From Candidatus Dadabacteria bacterium (GTDB lineage Bacteria > Desulfobacterota_D > UBA1144 > Nemesobacterales > CSP1-2), in the NCBI GenBank assembly GCA_963805855.1, contig CAWDVW010000002.1, forward strand, positions 64,001 through 128,000: a stretch of 64,000 bases of DNA, read 5' to 3'. The notes under the pieces are model-generated. The model was not told the DNA's origin. It did not search any database and saw only the letters and a list, made by a program, of their open reading frames with translations. A program made the translations under genes and the position numbers. This document shows, piece after piece, positions 1-10,113 of this stretch; the stretch's first letter is position 1; each line of letters begins with the position of its first letter.

Positions 1-2972
1 TACTTGGCGCTCCGGTCGCAGATACCAATAAAACAATAGGTTTGCTATGTCTTCACTCCAGGAAAGCTCACAGATGGAGCAATCACGAAAAAAAAACCAT
101 AAAAGACGTAGCCAAATACTTCGGTATTGCCATAAAAATTGCACGTGCAAAAATAACAAATAAAAAGAACGAAAAGAAAATTAAGAAAAACCTAAAGAAA
201 TTATCCAAAACAACTAGATATGAAACTATTATAAAAACAATAACTCGCAGGGTCCATCAGTCGATAGATTTACGAAAAGTTCTCAATTATGCAGTTGCAG
301 CAATGAATAAAACTATTGACGGGGCTGAAAGCGTTTCAATTTACCTTGTTGAGGGAAAAGAGGCTGTTTTGAAGGGCTACAGGGGCTATCCTAAATGGGC
401 GGTTCAGCGTGTAAAGAGGATTCCATATCCCAGAGGATTTACGTGGAAGACAATCATCGAGGGAAAACCCATTTATGTTGATGATGTGGAAAAAGATCAT
501 ACAATTGGTGCAATAGGAAGAGAAATAGGGACTAAGAGTTATGCATCAATGCCGATTACAGTTAATGGTAAGCCGATTGGTTCCATAAACATTAATTCTT
601 ATCATAAAAATGCATTCAATGAAGGAGAGCTCCAGCTACTAAAACAGGTATCACGACAAATAGCAGTAGCGATAAAAAATGCCAGTCAGGCAAATAAGCT
701 TGAAAAAGCAAAATCGGATTTAGAAAAAAGCATTTTAGAACGAACTGAAGACCTGATAAATATGAATAAAGAGTTGGAGAAAGAAATTACTGAGCGTACG
801 GAAATTGAAAAACGACTGCTCATCACTCATCATGAATTGGAAAAGAGGAATCGATATGAGAAAATTGTTAGAGCTATTACTCAAAGCGTTCATCAATCCT
901 TAGCCCTCCGAGAAGTGCTTCAAAATGCTGTAGAATCGATTTGTAGTCATATAGACGTGGTAGAACATATTTCAATATTTTTAGTTGATGGGAGTGAAGC
1001 AGTGATGAGGGCTCATAAGGGTCATCCTGATTGGTTTATTGATAGGGTAGCACGCATTCCCTATCCAAAGGGTTTTACGTGGAAAACTATCATTGAGGGA
1101 AAACCAATTTATTGTCCTGATGTTGAAAAAGATACTGTGATTGGCCCAGCTGGTAAGGAAGTCCGAACCAAGAGCTATGCTAGCATGCCATTGTATTGCG
1201 AAGGTAATGCAGTTGGTAGCATAAATGTACATTCCCTTTTTAAAGATGCGTTTGATAGAGAACACCTCAAATTACTTAATGATGTTGCTAAACAAATTGA
1301 GGTAGCAATAAAACATGCCAAGCAGGCGGAAGCAATCAAGGAAAGTAAAGAAAAGTATCTAAAGCTGATTGAGCAATCAAACGATTGGGTATGGGAATTT
1401 GACACAAATGGCTTTTTCACATATGTAAATCCAAAAGTGCGCGAAATAATTGGGTACGAACCAGAAGAATTAATAGGTAAAACAACATTTGATTTTATGT
1501 CTTCGGGGGAAGCAAAACGATTTTCTGATTTGGCAAACCCCTATTTTTCGGAGAAAAAACCATTTAAGCGTCTTGAAAAACAACTGATTCATAAGGATGG
1601 GCATCAAGTTACCCTGGAAGTTAGTGGAACACCTATTTTTGATAGTCAAGGAGATTTCAAAGGCTATTTGGGAGTAGTCCAGGATATTACCGAACGCAGA
1701 AATCAAGAGAAGACGATACACCATTTTGCTATGCATGATTATCTGACCGATCTTCCTAATCGCCGTCTACTTGAACAGGAATTAGCACGATTAACAAATC
1801 GAAATAACTCCAAACAAAATGATGCGTTGGTCATAATAGACTTGGACAACTTTAAAATAATAAACGATACGCTAGGTCATTTTGCTGGAGATCAGCTTTT
1901 GAAGGATCTGTCAAATGCTTTAGCAAGAATTATGCGCCCTAGAGATTTGCTGGCAAGAATGGGTGGTGATGAGTTTGCTATACTTCTCCAGAACGTTTCT
2001 CAGAAAGAGGCTAAGAAAATTGTTGGTAGGTTATTTAAGTCAATAAACAAGTTTGAATTCAATATCAAAGGTTATAATTTGAATCTTAACTGCAGTATGG
2101 GCATTGCCCTCATCGACGGCGAATCAAGCATAGAAGAAATTTTGCAAAATGCTTATTCGGCTCTTTACCAAGCCAAGACCGAGGGGAAAAACCAGATAAT
2201 CCATCATATTACAAGCAAAAACATCATCAAGATTAAGCAGGCTAGCAATTGGAATATCCGCATCAAAGAAGCACTCAAATTTGATCGATATACAATAGAA
2301 TTTCAACCGGTGGTACGGCTGGATACTGAGAATACGGAGTTTTTCGAGGCATTGATCAGGATGAAAGCCAAAAATGGTGAAATTGTATTTCCAAAAGCGT
2401 TTATTCATGCTGCTGAACGCTATGGCTTAATATCAGAAATTGACCGGTGGATGTTGGAGAAAATAACGCATTTTTTAGGTAACCATCCGAGTACGAATCT
2501 TTCCATAAACCTTTCAGGATCGAGCTTAAGAGATAAGTCGCTTCTTTCATTAATCGAAAGATATATCAAGGAAGGTCGAATATCTGCCGATCAATTAATT
2601 TTCGAAATCACCGAACTCTCCGCTATTAGAGATTTAAATAGCGTCCAAAAATGGATGAATAAATTGCAGATCTTAAATGCCAGATTTGCCCTGGATGACT
2701 TTGGTACTGGCTTCTCATCATTCAAGCACTTGCAGATCCTTCCAGTTGATTTTGTCAAAATAGACGTTTCCTTTATCTCTAAAATCAAAGAAGATCTGTC
2801 ATGCTATGCGATTGTAAACAGTATCGCAGCTGTAGCACATGCTCTTGGTAAAGAAGTTATCGCCGAGGGGGTAGAAAATCAAGAAATTATTAAAAGCCTC
2901 CGGGAGCTTAAAATTGAATTTGGGCAAGGGAAATTCTGGAAGTCAGCGAATCTGGGTTCTCTAACATCATAA
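1..2972 (+). CDS. Multi-GAF/PAS diguanylate cyclase-phosphodiesterase (GAF-GAF-PAS-GGDEF-EAL), 5'-truncated by the window edge
   Basis: The frame is open from base 3 (LGAPVADTNKTIGLLCLHS, the tail of a further GAF), so the TTG at 42 is probably not the start. Two near-duplicate GAFs, a PAS, RPRD...MGGDEF, and the EAL-domain motifs FEALIR, DDFGTG, KID and AEGVE. Confidence 0.93.
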   Translation, partial: LGAPVADTNKTIGLLCLHSRKAHRWSNHEKKTIKDVAKYFGIAIKIARAKITNKKNEKKIKKNLKKLSKTTRYETIIKTITRRVHQSIDLRKVLNYAVAAMNKTIDGAESVSIYLVEGKEAVLKGYRGYPKWAVQRVKRIPYPRGFTWKTIIEGKPIYVDDVEKDHTIGAIGREIGTKSYASMPITVNGKPIGSININSYHKNAFNEGELQLLKQVSRQIAVAIKNASQANKLEKAKSDLEKSILERTEDLINMNKELEKEITERTEIEKRLLITHHELEKRNRYEKIVRAITQSVHQSLALREVLQNAVESICSHIDVVEHISIFLVDGSEAVMRAHKGHPDWFIDRVARIPYPKGFTWKTIIEGKPIYCPDVEKDTVIGPAGKEVRTKSYASMPLYCEGNAVGSINVHSLFKDAFDREHLKLLNDVAKQIEVAIKHAKQAEAIKESKEKYLKLIEQSNDWVWEFDTNGFFTYVNPKVREIIGYEPEELIGKTTFDFMSSGEAKRFSDLANPYFSEKKPFKRLEKQLIHKDGHQVTLEVSGTPIFDSQGDFKGYLGVVQDITERRNQEKTIHHFAMHDYLTDLPNRRLLEQELARLTNRNNSKQNDALVIIDLDNFKIINDTLGHFAGDQLLKDLSNALARIMRPRDLLARMGGDEFAILLQNVSQKEAKKIVGRLFKSINKFEFNIKGYNLNLNCSMGIALIDGESSIEEILQNAYSALYQAKTEGKNQIIHHITSKNIIKIKQASNWNIRIKEALKFDRYTIEFQPVVRLDTENTEFFEALIRMKAKNGEIVFPKAFIHAAERYGLISEIDRWMLEKITHFLGNHPSTNLSINLSGSSLRDKSLLSLIERYIKEGRISADQLIFEITELSAIRDLNSVQKWMNKLQILNARFALDDFGTGFSSFKHLQILPVDFVKIDVSFISKIKEDLSCYAIVNSIAAVAHALGKEVIAEGVENQEIIKSLRELKIEFGQGKFWKSANLGSLTS

Positions 2973-3177
2973 AACCCTTTCCTCTTATCGTCACTAAAAA
3001 AAGCGCGAACATAATCAATAAATGTTGGTGCAATTTATATATAGCTTCGACAGATTGATAATGCAGTTATCTAATTGAAAAGATCAAAACTAATCACATG
3101 CGCTTCGGTGGTTAAAATTCATCGTCTCTTTAATGCCTAAATTGTGCGATGCGTTTCTATCTACTTTTCACTTTTGT

Positions 3178-5076
3178 TCAGCCCCCCAAAACTTGTGAAA
3201 CGACATCTTTAATTTCATCAATCGTAAAAGGCTTTTTTATAAATGAAAACGCGCCTTCTGAAATTAACTTGTCTACATTGTCTGCTTCAGGCGTACCGCT
3301 AATAATAACTGCAACAGAACTGGGATCAAAGATCTTCATCTCTCTTAAGATTTCAATGGCACCTTTTCCATTGATTGTTAAATCTAAAAAAATAATATCA
3401 TAGTGATTCTTCATGATTAGTTCAATTACGACATCACCACTTTTGGCAGTGTCTACGTTATGACCGGAATTTACAAGTGCCTCCCTTATAAGATCACACG
3501 CAAATTCTTCATCATCTACTACAAGTATGTTCCCTTTCCTCCTCGTTCGTACGGCAGTATCCAAATTTGCTTCATCCGATGAACTGATTTCGTCAGAACT
3601 TGAGATTCGTTGGATATTTGGAAGCCATATGGTAAATGTTGTTCCTTTCCCAAGTTCACTGCTTACTTCAATTCTTCCTCCATGCCTCTCGATTATCGAA
3701 TAAACCACAGAAAGACCAAGGCCTGTCCCGGACCTTGAATCATCGCTTTTCTTTGTCGAAAAAAAGGGCTCAAATATTTTCTGTAGATTTTTCTTAGGAA
3801 TGCCAATCCCATTATCTGAGAATTCTATCCTTACATAGTCACCATCAATGTCAGTTTTTATCGCTATCGCCCCGCCTTCGCTCATTGCATCCCTCGAGTT
3901 GAGCGCCATGTTGATGATCACCTGTTGTACCTCCCCCACGTTCATAATAATAGGAGGAACCTTTCCATAATGACGTATTAATTGTATGCCGTCCGATTTA
4001 AAAGTATGTTCGATTAGTTTGATCGCATCTTCGATCACCTCCTCTAAAGACGCAAGCTGCTTTTTGTTATCCCTATTTTTAGAAAACGATAACAGAGTCG
4101 TTACAAGGTCTGACGCTCTCGCTGCAGCCTTTTCCACAACCTTTAAGTCCTCTCTTATACTCTCAATACTTGTCCTTGAAAAGGCAAAGCTTGTATAACC
4201 AATGATCCCGGAAAGAATATTATTAAACTCATGGGCAAGACCCGTTGCAAACTGACCTACCGCGGACATTTTGGCAGATTGAATCACTTGGGCCTCTAAT
4301 TTCCTTTTTTCAGTTATGTCTTCTGTCACTACTGTCAGACCAAACTTCTCACCAGTCTCAGAATCAACCAGAGGTGAGAGAACTATTTCTAGGTACTTGT
4401 CATCAAACTTTATAATATGATTTGTGCTGTATGAATCGTAATGAAGTATCTGAGGAATAACAGTCTTGAAATTGATACCCGCGATGAGATCGTCCAGTCT
4501 CGAGCCAATACAATCCTTCCCAAAAATTTTCAAAGTCTGAGTGTTAGCACTTTTTATTATCAGGTCCATATCGGTTGTCATTACACTCTCATGGGTGCTG
4601 AACAAAATATTGTTAAGTTCTCGAGTTCTATCCCTGATCTTAAGTTCAAGATTGGCATTAATGTCTTGAAGTTCTTTCATCAGACGTCTGTTTTCCTGAA
4701 GTAGTTCATACTTTTCAACAGCATGCTTTATGATGCTTTTTAGTTTATTAAAGTCCAGAGGCTTGGATAAATAATCAAATGCGCCGTGCTTTACAGCCTC
4801 CACGGCGGTTTCCAGGGAGGCATACCCTGTCATGATGATAACAGGTATGTCCGGATCAAACGTACGGATTTTATCGAGAAGATTTATGCCGTTCTTCTCA
4901 GGCATCCGGATATCTGTAAGGACAACGTGAAAGAGATCTTCTCTCAGGAGATTGAGAGCCCTATCACAGTTCAGAGCGGTAATTACTTCATAACCTTCGT
5001 TTGAGAAGATGTCAGAAATAATTTGTAAAATTAATTGTTCGTCATCAACCACTAAAAGTTTTCTTTTCGCCTTCAC
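3178..5076 (-). CDS. Hybrid sensor histidine kinase (REC-PAS-HisKA-HATPase-REC)
   Basis: N-terminal receiver (VVDD, TDIRMP, KP), H-box AHEFNN, DNGIGI, FEPFFSTK, GTGLGL, and a C-terminal receiver. Confidence 0.93.
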   Translation of the reverse strand: MKAKRKLLVVDDEQLILQIISDIFSNEGYEVITALNCDRALNLLREDLFHVVLTDIRMPEKNGINLLDKIRTFDPDIPVIIMTGYASLETAVEAVKHGAFDYLSKPLDFNKLKSIIKHAVEKYELLQENRRLMKELQDINANLELKIRDRTRELNNILFSTHESVMTTDMDLIIKSANTQTLKIFGKDCIGSRLDDLIAGINFKTVIPQILHYDSYSTNHIIKFDDKYLEIVLSPLVDSETGEKFGLTVVTEDITEKRKLEAQVIQSAKMSAVGQFATGLAHEFNNILSGIIGYTSFAFSRTSIESIREDLKVVEKAAARASDLVTTLLSFSKNRDNKKQLASLEEVIEDAIKLIEHTFKSDGIQLIRHYGKVPPIIMNVGEVQQVIINMALNSRDAMSEGGAIAIKTDIDGDYVRIEFSDNGIGIPKKNLQKIFEPFFSTKKSDDSRSGTGLGLSVVYSIIERHGGRIEVSSELGKGTTFTIWLPNIQRISSSDEISSSDEANLDTAVRTRRKGNILVVDDEEFACDLIREALVNSGHNVDTAKSGDVVIELIMKNHYDIIFLDLTINGKGAIEILREMKIFDPSSVAVIISGTPEADNVDKLISEGAFSFIKKPFTIDEIKDVVSQVLGG

Positions 5077-7579
5077 TATCCCTTCCTGAAATCTCCTGAA
5101 TAATGGGCAGTTCTATTATGAAGTTCGTTCCCTTTTCGGTATCACTGTAAATTACAATGTTCCCATTGTGAGCTTCAATTATTTTATAGCTCACTGAGAG
5201 ACCAAGCCCGGACCCAGTGTTTTTTGTGGTAAAGAAGGGGTCAAAAATCTTGGGGAGGTCTTCTTTTTTGATACCAGGCCCATTATCCGCGAAACTTATA
5301 AATACTTTATTTGAGCTTTCTTTTTGAAATCCTGTATTAATCCTGAGTTCACCGCCACCGGGCATCGCTTGAATAGAATTCATTATCACATTAATGAATA
5401 CATGCCATATGTTATTTAGATCAGCCATGATTTTGGGAACCCCGTAATCCAGATTTTTAATGACTTCGATCTTATTATCAACAATCTGTTTTCTGGTTAA
5501 GGTCAAAACTTCATTGATTAAGCTGTTAACATCAACAAGTTCAAAATTCGTCGATCCAGGCTTTGAAAACTTAAGCAAGGCATCTATCAACCTGTTTGTG
5601 CGATCAACCTCGTGCTTAATGTAATCAAGGTATTGTCCAATTAGCGGAGATTTTTCCCGGGTCAAATTTTGTGATAAATAATACCTTGCACCTTCTATGA
5701 TGTTTAAAGGGTTTCGTATTTCATGCGCAATTCCTGCCGCAAGTTGTCCTACAGCAGACATCTTCTCCGCCTGGAGAAGCTGCGCTTGTGTCTCTTGAAG
5801 CTCTCTATTTTTTTCTTCTAACTTGTTTACATAATCCTCGACCAATTTAAAAGCAAATGCGTTTTCAATAGCAATGGCAGTCTGGTTTGCCAGTGTCTTC
5901 AGTAGCTTTAAATCATAGCTTGTATACATCAGTCCGGATTTCTTTTCTCCCAATGAAAGAACACCTACCAGCTCGTCCTTGAAAAAAAGGGGGATAATTA
6001 GTGAAGCCCTCAAAACAGAGAAGGTTTTCTTCAATTCTTCGCCATACATATAATATTTTGGCTCCGCAATCAAATCCTCTTTAAACACTTCTTTTTTCGA
6101 GCTATTTAATAAGAAAACTAACTTGTTATCGCTCTCGATGCTTAAGCCATTTTTCTCCAAATCATCAATCGTAGTAGAATGAATCTTGTAGCCATTTGTG
6201 CTTCGATCGAAAAGTAGAAGGGAGGCTGAGTTGATGAACATGGTTTCTGTAATAGTTTTAATAACTTTATTGGCTATTTCGTCAATATTGAGAATTGACG
6301 TCATGGCGTCGCTAAGATCAGAGATTGTTTTATTGTAGTCATACCTTTTTCTAAAGAAAGCAGTATCTAAAATGCTCTGGATTCGATTTCTGAGTGGATT
6401 AAGTGCTAACACAAGAAAAGCACTTAAGATCAGAAAGAAAGCGGGATTTTTCCAACCGCCATGTTTGGCAAAAGCAATATTGAAACCAAGAACCATAAGA
6501 GCAAAAATTCCTAACACCAATCCCGTCAGGGAGCCATAGACTAGTGTCTTTTGAATGATAACATCTATATCGAAGAGTTTATGCTTTGCGATAGCATAGC
6601 CTATTGAAAGAGGGAAAAATAAGACGAGTATTGCTATGTAGTTAATATTACTAGCTCCATAAAAAACCACTATCAAAGCGGCTAGAGCAGGCAGAAAATA
6701 ACCTAATACTGCACCTATCAACACCACTTGCGCCCTCTGTTTATTCAACTCAGAATCCGGTTTTAAATAACTTACAGTTACAGAAGCCAGCATTGTCAAC
6801 GCCGCGAAAATCAAATAAAACCACATGACTGTATCTACCCTTATCCACATAGTAGGGTTATTAAGATAGATCAGTTGTAAAATGAATAATAAAGATGAAA
6901 ATAAAAAAGGAAGCAATATTATACGCGGATACTTTTTAAATAATTTCTTCTCATTAGGAAAAACTAAGGATAGATAAATCAAAAAAGAAGGGCTAAAAAT
7001 CTGAGCCAGATAGGACATATTCACTGAATATATGAGCGAATAGTTGGTTTGATAATCAAAGTCTTCTATAAACCAAATCCCGATTGAAGAACAAAGCATC
7101 AAGAAGACCTTACTGGAAAGTAAATTCGGTTTTAAAAGATAAACTAAAGCTCCTATTGTAAGAAAAATTAAGCCAGTAACAAATTCTATCCCAAATACTT
7201 GCAAATAATCGCTAATTGTAAACTTCATGGAAGGAAACGTGGCTTCGATGAAATTATTATCTCTTGAAATTAGATAAGTTATTGGGGTACCTATCGGCTT
7301 CTCAGCGACGATATCATAGACCCCATACGAGCTTGATACTTCCCTTCCATCCACCTTTATAATTTGATCGTAAGATTCCAATCCGGATTTTCCACGCTGC
7401 GACCAACTGGGAAGGGTAACCTGACTAACCAATAAGTTATTATAAAGTAAAAAACCGGGGAAAGGCTTCCCAATCGATCTGAATCCCTGAATTAGGCTAT
7501 TGACACTAAGAGCAAGGGATAAACCAATTATTATATACGCTATAACCCTAAATTTATCTCTATAAAAAAAATAACTCAT
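5045..7579 (-). CDS. Membrane histidine kinase: extracytoplasmic PDZ-like domain, multi-TM region, GAF, HisKA/HATPase
   Basis: N-terminal TM, PDZ-like GLESYDQIIKVDG, many hydrophobic helices, GAF (IIPLFFKDELVGVLSLG), AHEIRNP, DNGPGI, GSGLGL. Confidence 0.9.
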   Translation of the reverse strand: MSYFFYRDKFRVIAYIIIGLSLALSVNSLIQGFRSIGKPFPGFLLYNNLLVSQVTLPSWSQRGKSGLESYDQIIKVDGREVSSSYGVYDIVAEKPIGTPITYLISRDNNFIEATFPSMKFTISDYLQVFGIEFVTGLIFLTIGALVYLLKPNLLSSKVFLMLCSSIGIWFIEDFDYQTNYSLIYSVNMSYLAQIFSPSFLIYLSLVFPNEKKLFKKYPRIILLPFLFSSLLFILQLIYLNNPTMWIRVDTVMWFYLIFAALTMLASVTVSYLKPDSELNKQRAQVVLIGAVLGYFLPALAALIVVFYGASNINYIAILVLFFPLSIGYAIAKHKLFDIDVIIQKTLVYGSLTGLVLGIFALMVLGFNIAFAKHGGWKNPAFFLILSAFLVLALNPLRNRIQSILDTAFFRKRYDYNKTISDLSDAMTSILNIDEIANKVIKTITETMFINSASLLLFDRSTNGYKIHSTTIDDLEKNGLSIESDNKLVFLLNSSKKEVFKEDLIAEPKYYMYGEELKKTFSVLRASLIIPLFFKDELVGVLSLGEKKSGLMYTSYDLKLLKTLANQTAIAIENAFAFKLVEDYVNKLEEKNRELQETQAQLLQAEKMSAVGQLAAGIAHEIRNPLNIIEGARYYLSQNLTREKSPLIGQYLDYIKHEVDRTNRLIDALLKFSKPGSTNFELVDVNSLINEVLTLTRKQIVDNKIEVIKNLDYGVPKIMADLNNIWHVFINVIMNSIQAMPGGGELRINTGFQKESSNKVFISFADNGPGIKKEDLPKIFDPFFTTKNTGSGLGLSVSYKIIEAHNGNIVIYSDTEKGTNFIIELPIIQEISGRDSEGEKKTFSG

Positions 7580-7597
7580 TTTAATTCAAAAAGAGCA

Positions 7598-7675
7598 TTA
7601 ATCCCCCTTTTCTACCAGTTTGCCTGCTGGATATTCATCTACAAAGCCGGTTCCCCCAGTTAACATTGCTTTCAT
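7598..7675 (-). pseudogene. Remnant N-terminus of an NAD-dependent epimerase/dehydratase (extended SDR)
   Basis: Translates MKAMLTGGTGFVDEYPAGKLVEKGD*, matching the typical SDR start MKxLVTGGTGFVGxxL...L.ExG with the last Gly lost, then a stop. Confidence 0.55.
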
Positions 7676-8179
7676 TTCTGCATCGTTTAAGACTTTGCGC
7701 TAGGACTTACATCCTGAAAATTCACATCCTTTCTTTTCAGAAGATCAAACTCTCCTTTAGCTTATTTAAAACCTCTAGTATCATATCTAAACTATATTTA
7801 GCATAGCAAAGATAGGGAAATAGCGAAAATTCCACCAGCCACATGCAGAAACATCTTAAGAAATTCAATTAGTATCATCGCCTTAGCTTTCTCATTAATT
7901 ATTATGCTTTCTACTTCGGCGACCCGATTAACATCGATTATTTGATCCCTGAGGTGTTAGGCATTGGTCCCCATCCTTTCGAGTAACTCACCGTTTCGGT
8001 GGTACGAAATGTACCTCAAAAACTATTGTTTAACGACTAAATAATAATCCAATTTTCGTGACATGAAGAACCCCCGTAGCAAGCTGCAGGGAATTCGCTA
8101 GTTAAATAAGATAAGCTCAATAAATTCATTAATAACGCTAACATAATTCATCAAGAAGACCGGGCAAGAATGTTTTCAT

Positions 8180-9820
8180 TCAGGCAGCAGATGATGGACG
8201 GGGAAAATGACAATGATCCGAATCTAGAATATTGAATTCTTTTCCAACTTTTTCTAAAACCTCTAGAGTCTTATCCAAATCTTGTTTAGTATGGGTCGCC
8301 ATAACGCTTAATCTGAAACGTTCTTCTCCCTTTGGCACAGCAGGATAAGGAACGGCGCTCAGATAAATCCCTTCCTCATATATCCTTTTACTCATTTTTC
8401 TGAGCGTCAAACCATCTCCAATAATGATTGGAATTATAGCCGATTCAGTGTTTCCAACATTAAAGCGCAGGGATAGAAGATTTTCTTTCAAATATTTTAT
8501 ATTTCTCCATAAGTTATCATGAATTTCTGTCTCACTCTCCATAACTTCAATAGCTGCTAGTGCCGCTGCTGCTACAGCGGGTGGCAGGTTTATGGAGAAA
8601 AACCCTGATCTTGCATAGTACCTCAAGTAATTTACAACTTCACTTGAAGAAGCAACAAAGCCACCTACGGCACCTAAAGCCTTACTCAAGGTGCCCATAA
8701 CTATATCTGCTTTACCCTCTATTTTAAAATGACTGGGTGTACCTTTACCCCTTTCTCCTATGACCCCGGTTGCATGAGCCTCGTCGACCATGACTTTTGC
8801 ACCGTAGCGGTGAGCGACTTCAATTATTTGGTCAAGAGGCGCGATATCACCGTCCATGCTATATACACCATCAACTACTACTAATCTACCGTTATATTTC
8901 TTCTCTGTTCTTTCCAACACATGCTTCAGACTATTGATATCGGAATGTTGAAAAGTTCCAAAAAGACCGCCGCTAAGCATACAACCATCTATAATGCTTG
9001 CATGTGCAAGCCTGTCTATAATTACCGCATCTCCTTTCTTTACCAAAGCAGGTATGCACCCTACGTTAGTTGCATATCCTGTGGGGAAGACTGCCGCATC
9101 CTCACAGCCTTTCATCCGGGCTAATTCAATTTCCAGTTCTCTATGCACATCGTATGTCCCTGAAAGAAGTGCTGCACCCTCTGAGCCAGTTCCGTATACC
9201 CTGGTCGATTCTAAAGCAGCTTTTACTACTTTTGGATGCGTTGAAAGACCCAGATAGTTGCAACTCCCCATCATGATCATTTCTCTCACTTCACCAAAGT
9301 TTTTATCAAAAACCTCAACTCTATTTTTACAAGCTGTTATGAGAGGTATTCTGTATTTATTAAAGCCCTTCTGGATAATATCTTCAAGAAATTCGCCGAA
9401 TGGTTTCGTCTTGTAAAATAAGTCTTTGTCTGAATTATCGACAAAATCTGCCAACGAGAAGTTATCAGAATTTATTTTTGTAGAACATTCCACTGTGGAT
9501 TCCTCTAACCTCCTCCTATCTGCTTCGAACATACTCTTAAATTCAACTCCCATCCCGGAATGGTCTCCTAATCTCAATTTCGCGGCATCCTTAATCCATC
9601 TAATCTCGCAATATGCGATTAGGGCTGTAATGTCTTTGGGAAACCTAAATTCAAGGAGTATTTTTGTTCCAGGCTGTAGTAGTTTTTTGGATTCAACAAA
9701 CATTCCATAGGGAGAAATATCCCTTACATGTCCACTTAATTGGCCATCGGCTCTTGACGCAACTTTAATGTCCGAAAAAGTGGTCCTTGTGCACCTTCTG
9801 CGTTCTAAGCTCAATGTCAT
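8180..9820 (-). CDS. PilZ domain fused to a PLP-dependent alpha-oxoamine synthase (BioF/Kbl/Spt/CqsA family)
   Basis: PilZ motifs ERRRCTR and DISPYG; AOS motifs SCNYLGL, AHASIIDG, DGVYSMDGD, DEAH and GTLSKALG (PLP lysine). Confidence 0.9.
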   Translation of the reverse strand: MTLSLERRRCTRTTFSDIKVASRADGQLSGHVRDISPYGMFVESKKLLQPGTKILLEFRFPKDITALIAYCEIRWIKDAAKLRLGDHSGMGVEFKSMFEADRRRLEESTVECSTKINSDNFSLADFVDNSDKDLFYKTKPFGEFLEDIIQKGFNKYRIPLITACKNRVEVFDKNFGEVREMIMMGSCNYLGLSTHPKVVKAALESTRVYGTGSEGAALLSGTYDVHRELEIELARMKGCEDAAVFPTGYATNVGCIPALVKKGDAVIIDRLAHASIIDGCMLSGGLFGTFQHSDINSLKHVLERTEKKYNGRLVVVDGVYSMDGDIAPLDQIIEVAHRYGAKVMVDEAHATGVIGERGKGTPSHFKIEGKADIVMGTLSKALGAVGGFVASSSEVVNYLRYYARSGFFSINLPPAVAAAALAAIEVMESETEIHDNLWRNIKYLKENLLSLRFNVGNTESAIIPIIIGDGLTLRKMSKRIYEEGIYLSAVPYPAVPKGEERFRLSVMATHTKQDLDKTLEVLEKVGKEFNILDSDHCHFPRPSSAA

Positions 9821-10113
9821 TTTAGATATCCCCTCTCACTCTATGTATTCTCAAACATTATAAGAGCGGTTGTTGAAAGCTATTACTCCCCTCTCCGAGA
9901 AGTCCAAATAATTTCGTCCGCTACACCTTCCTGCAACCGTCTATCATAGAAGACAAAGATTCTATATCAAAAATCTTAGAAAATTGCTTCAATTATAACT
10001 TTCTTTTAACTATCAGGAAAGTAATAATTGAAGCTTGTAGGGATATTAAACAAATAATGAAAATCACATTTTCTATAATAACGACAAAAAGTTACATTTT
10101 ACCCAATATCAGA

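Noticed and set aside
8180-9820. Calling the AOS bioF, kbl, spt or cqsA
   Set aside because: The motifs are shared across the family and the context lacks diagnostic partner genes; substrate cannot be assigned by eye.
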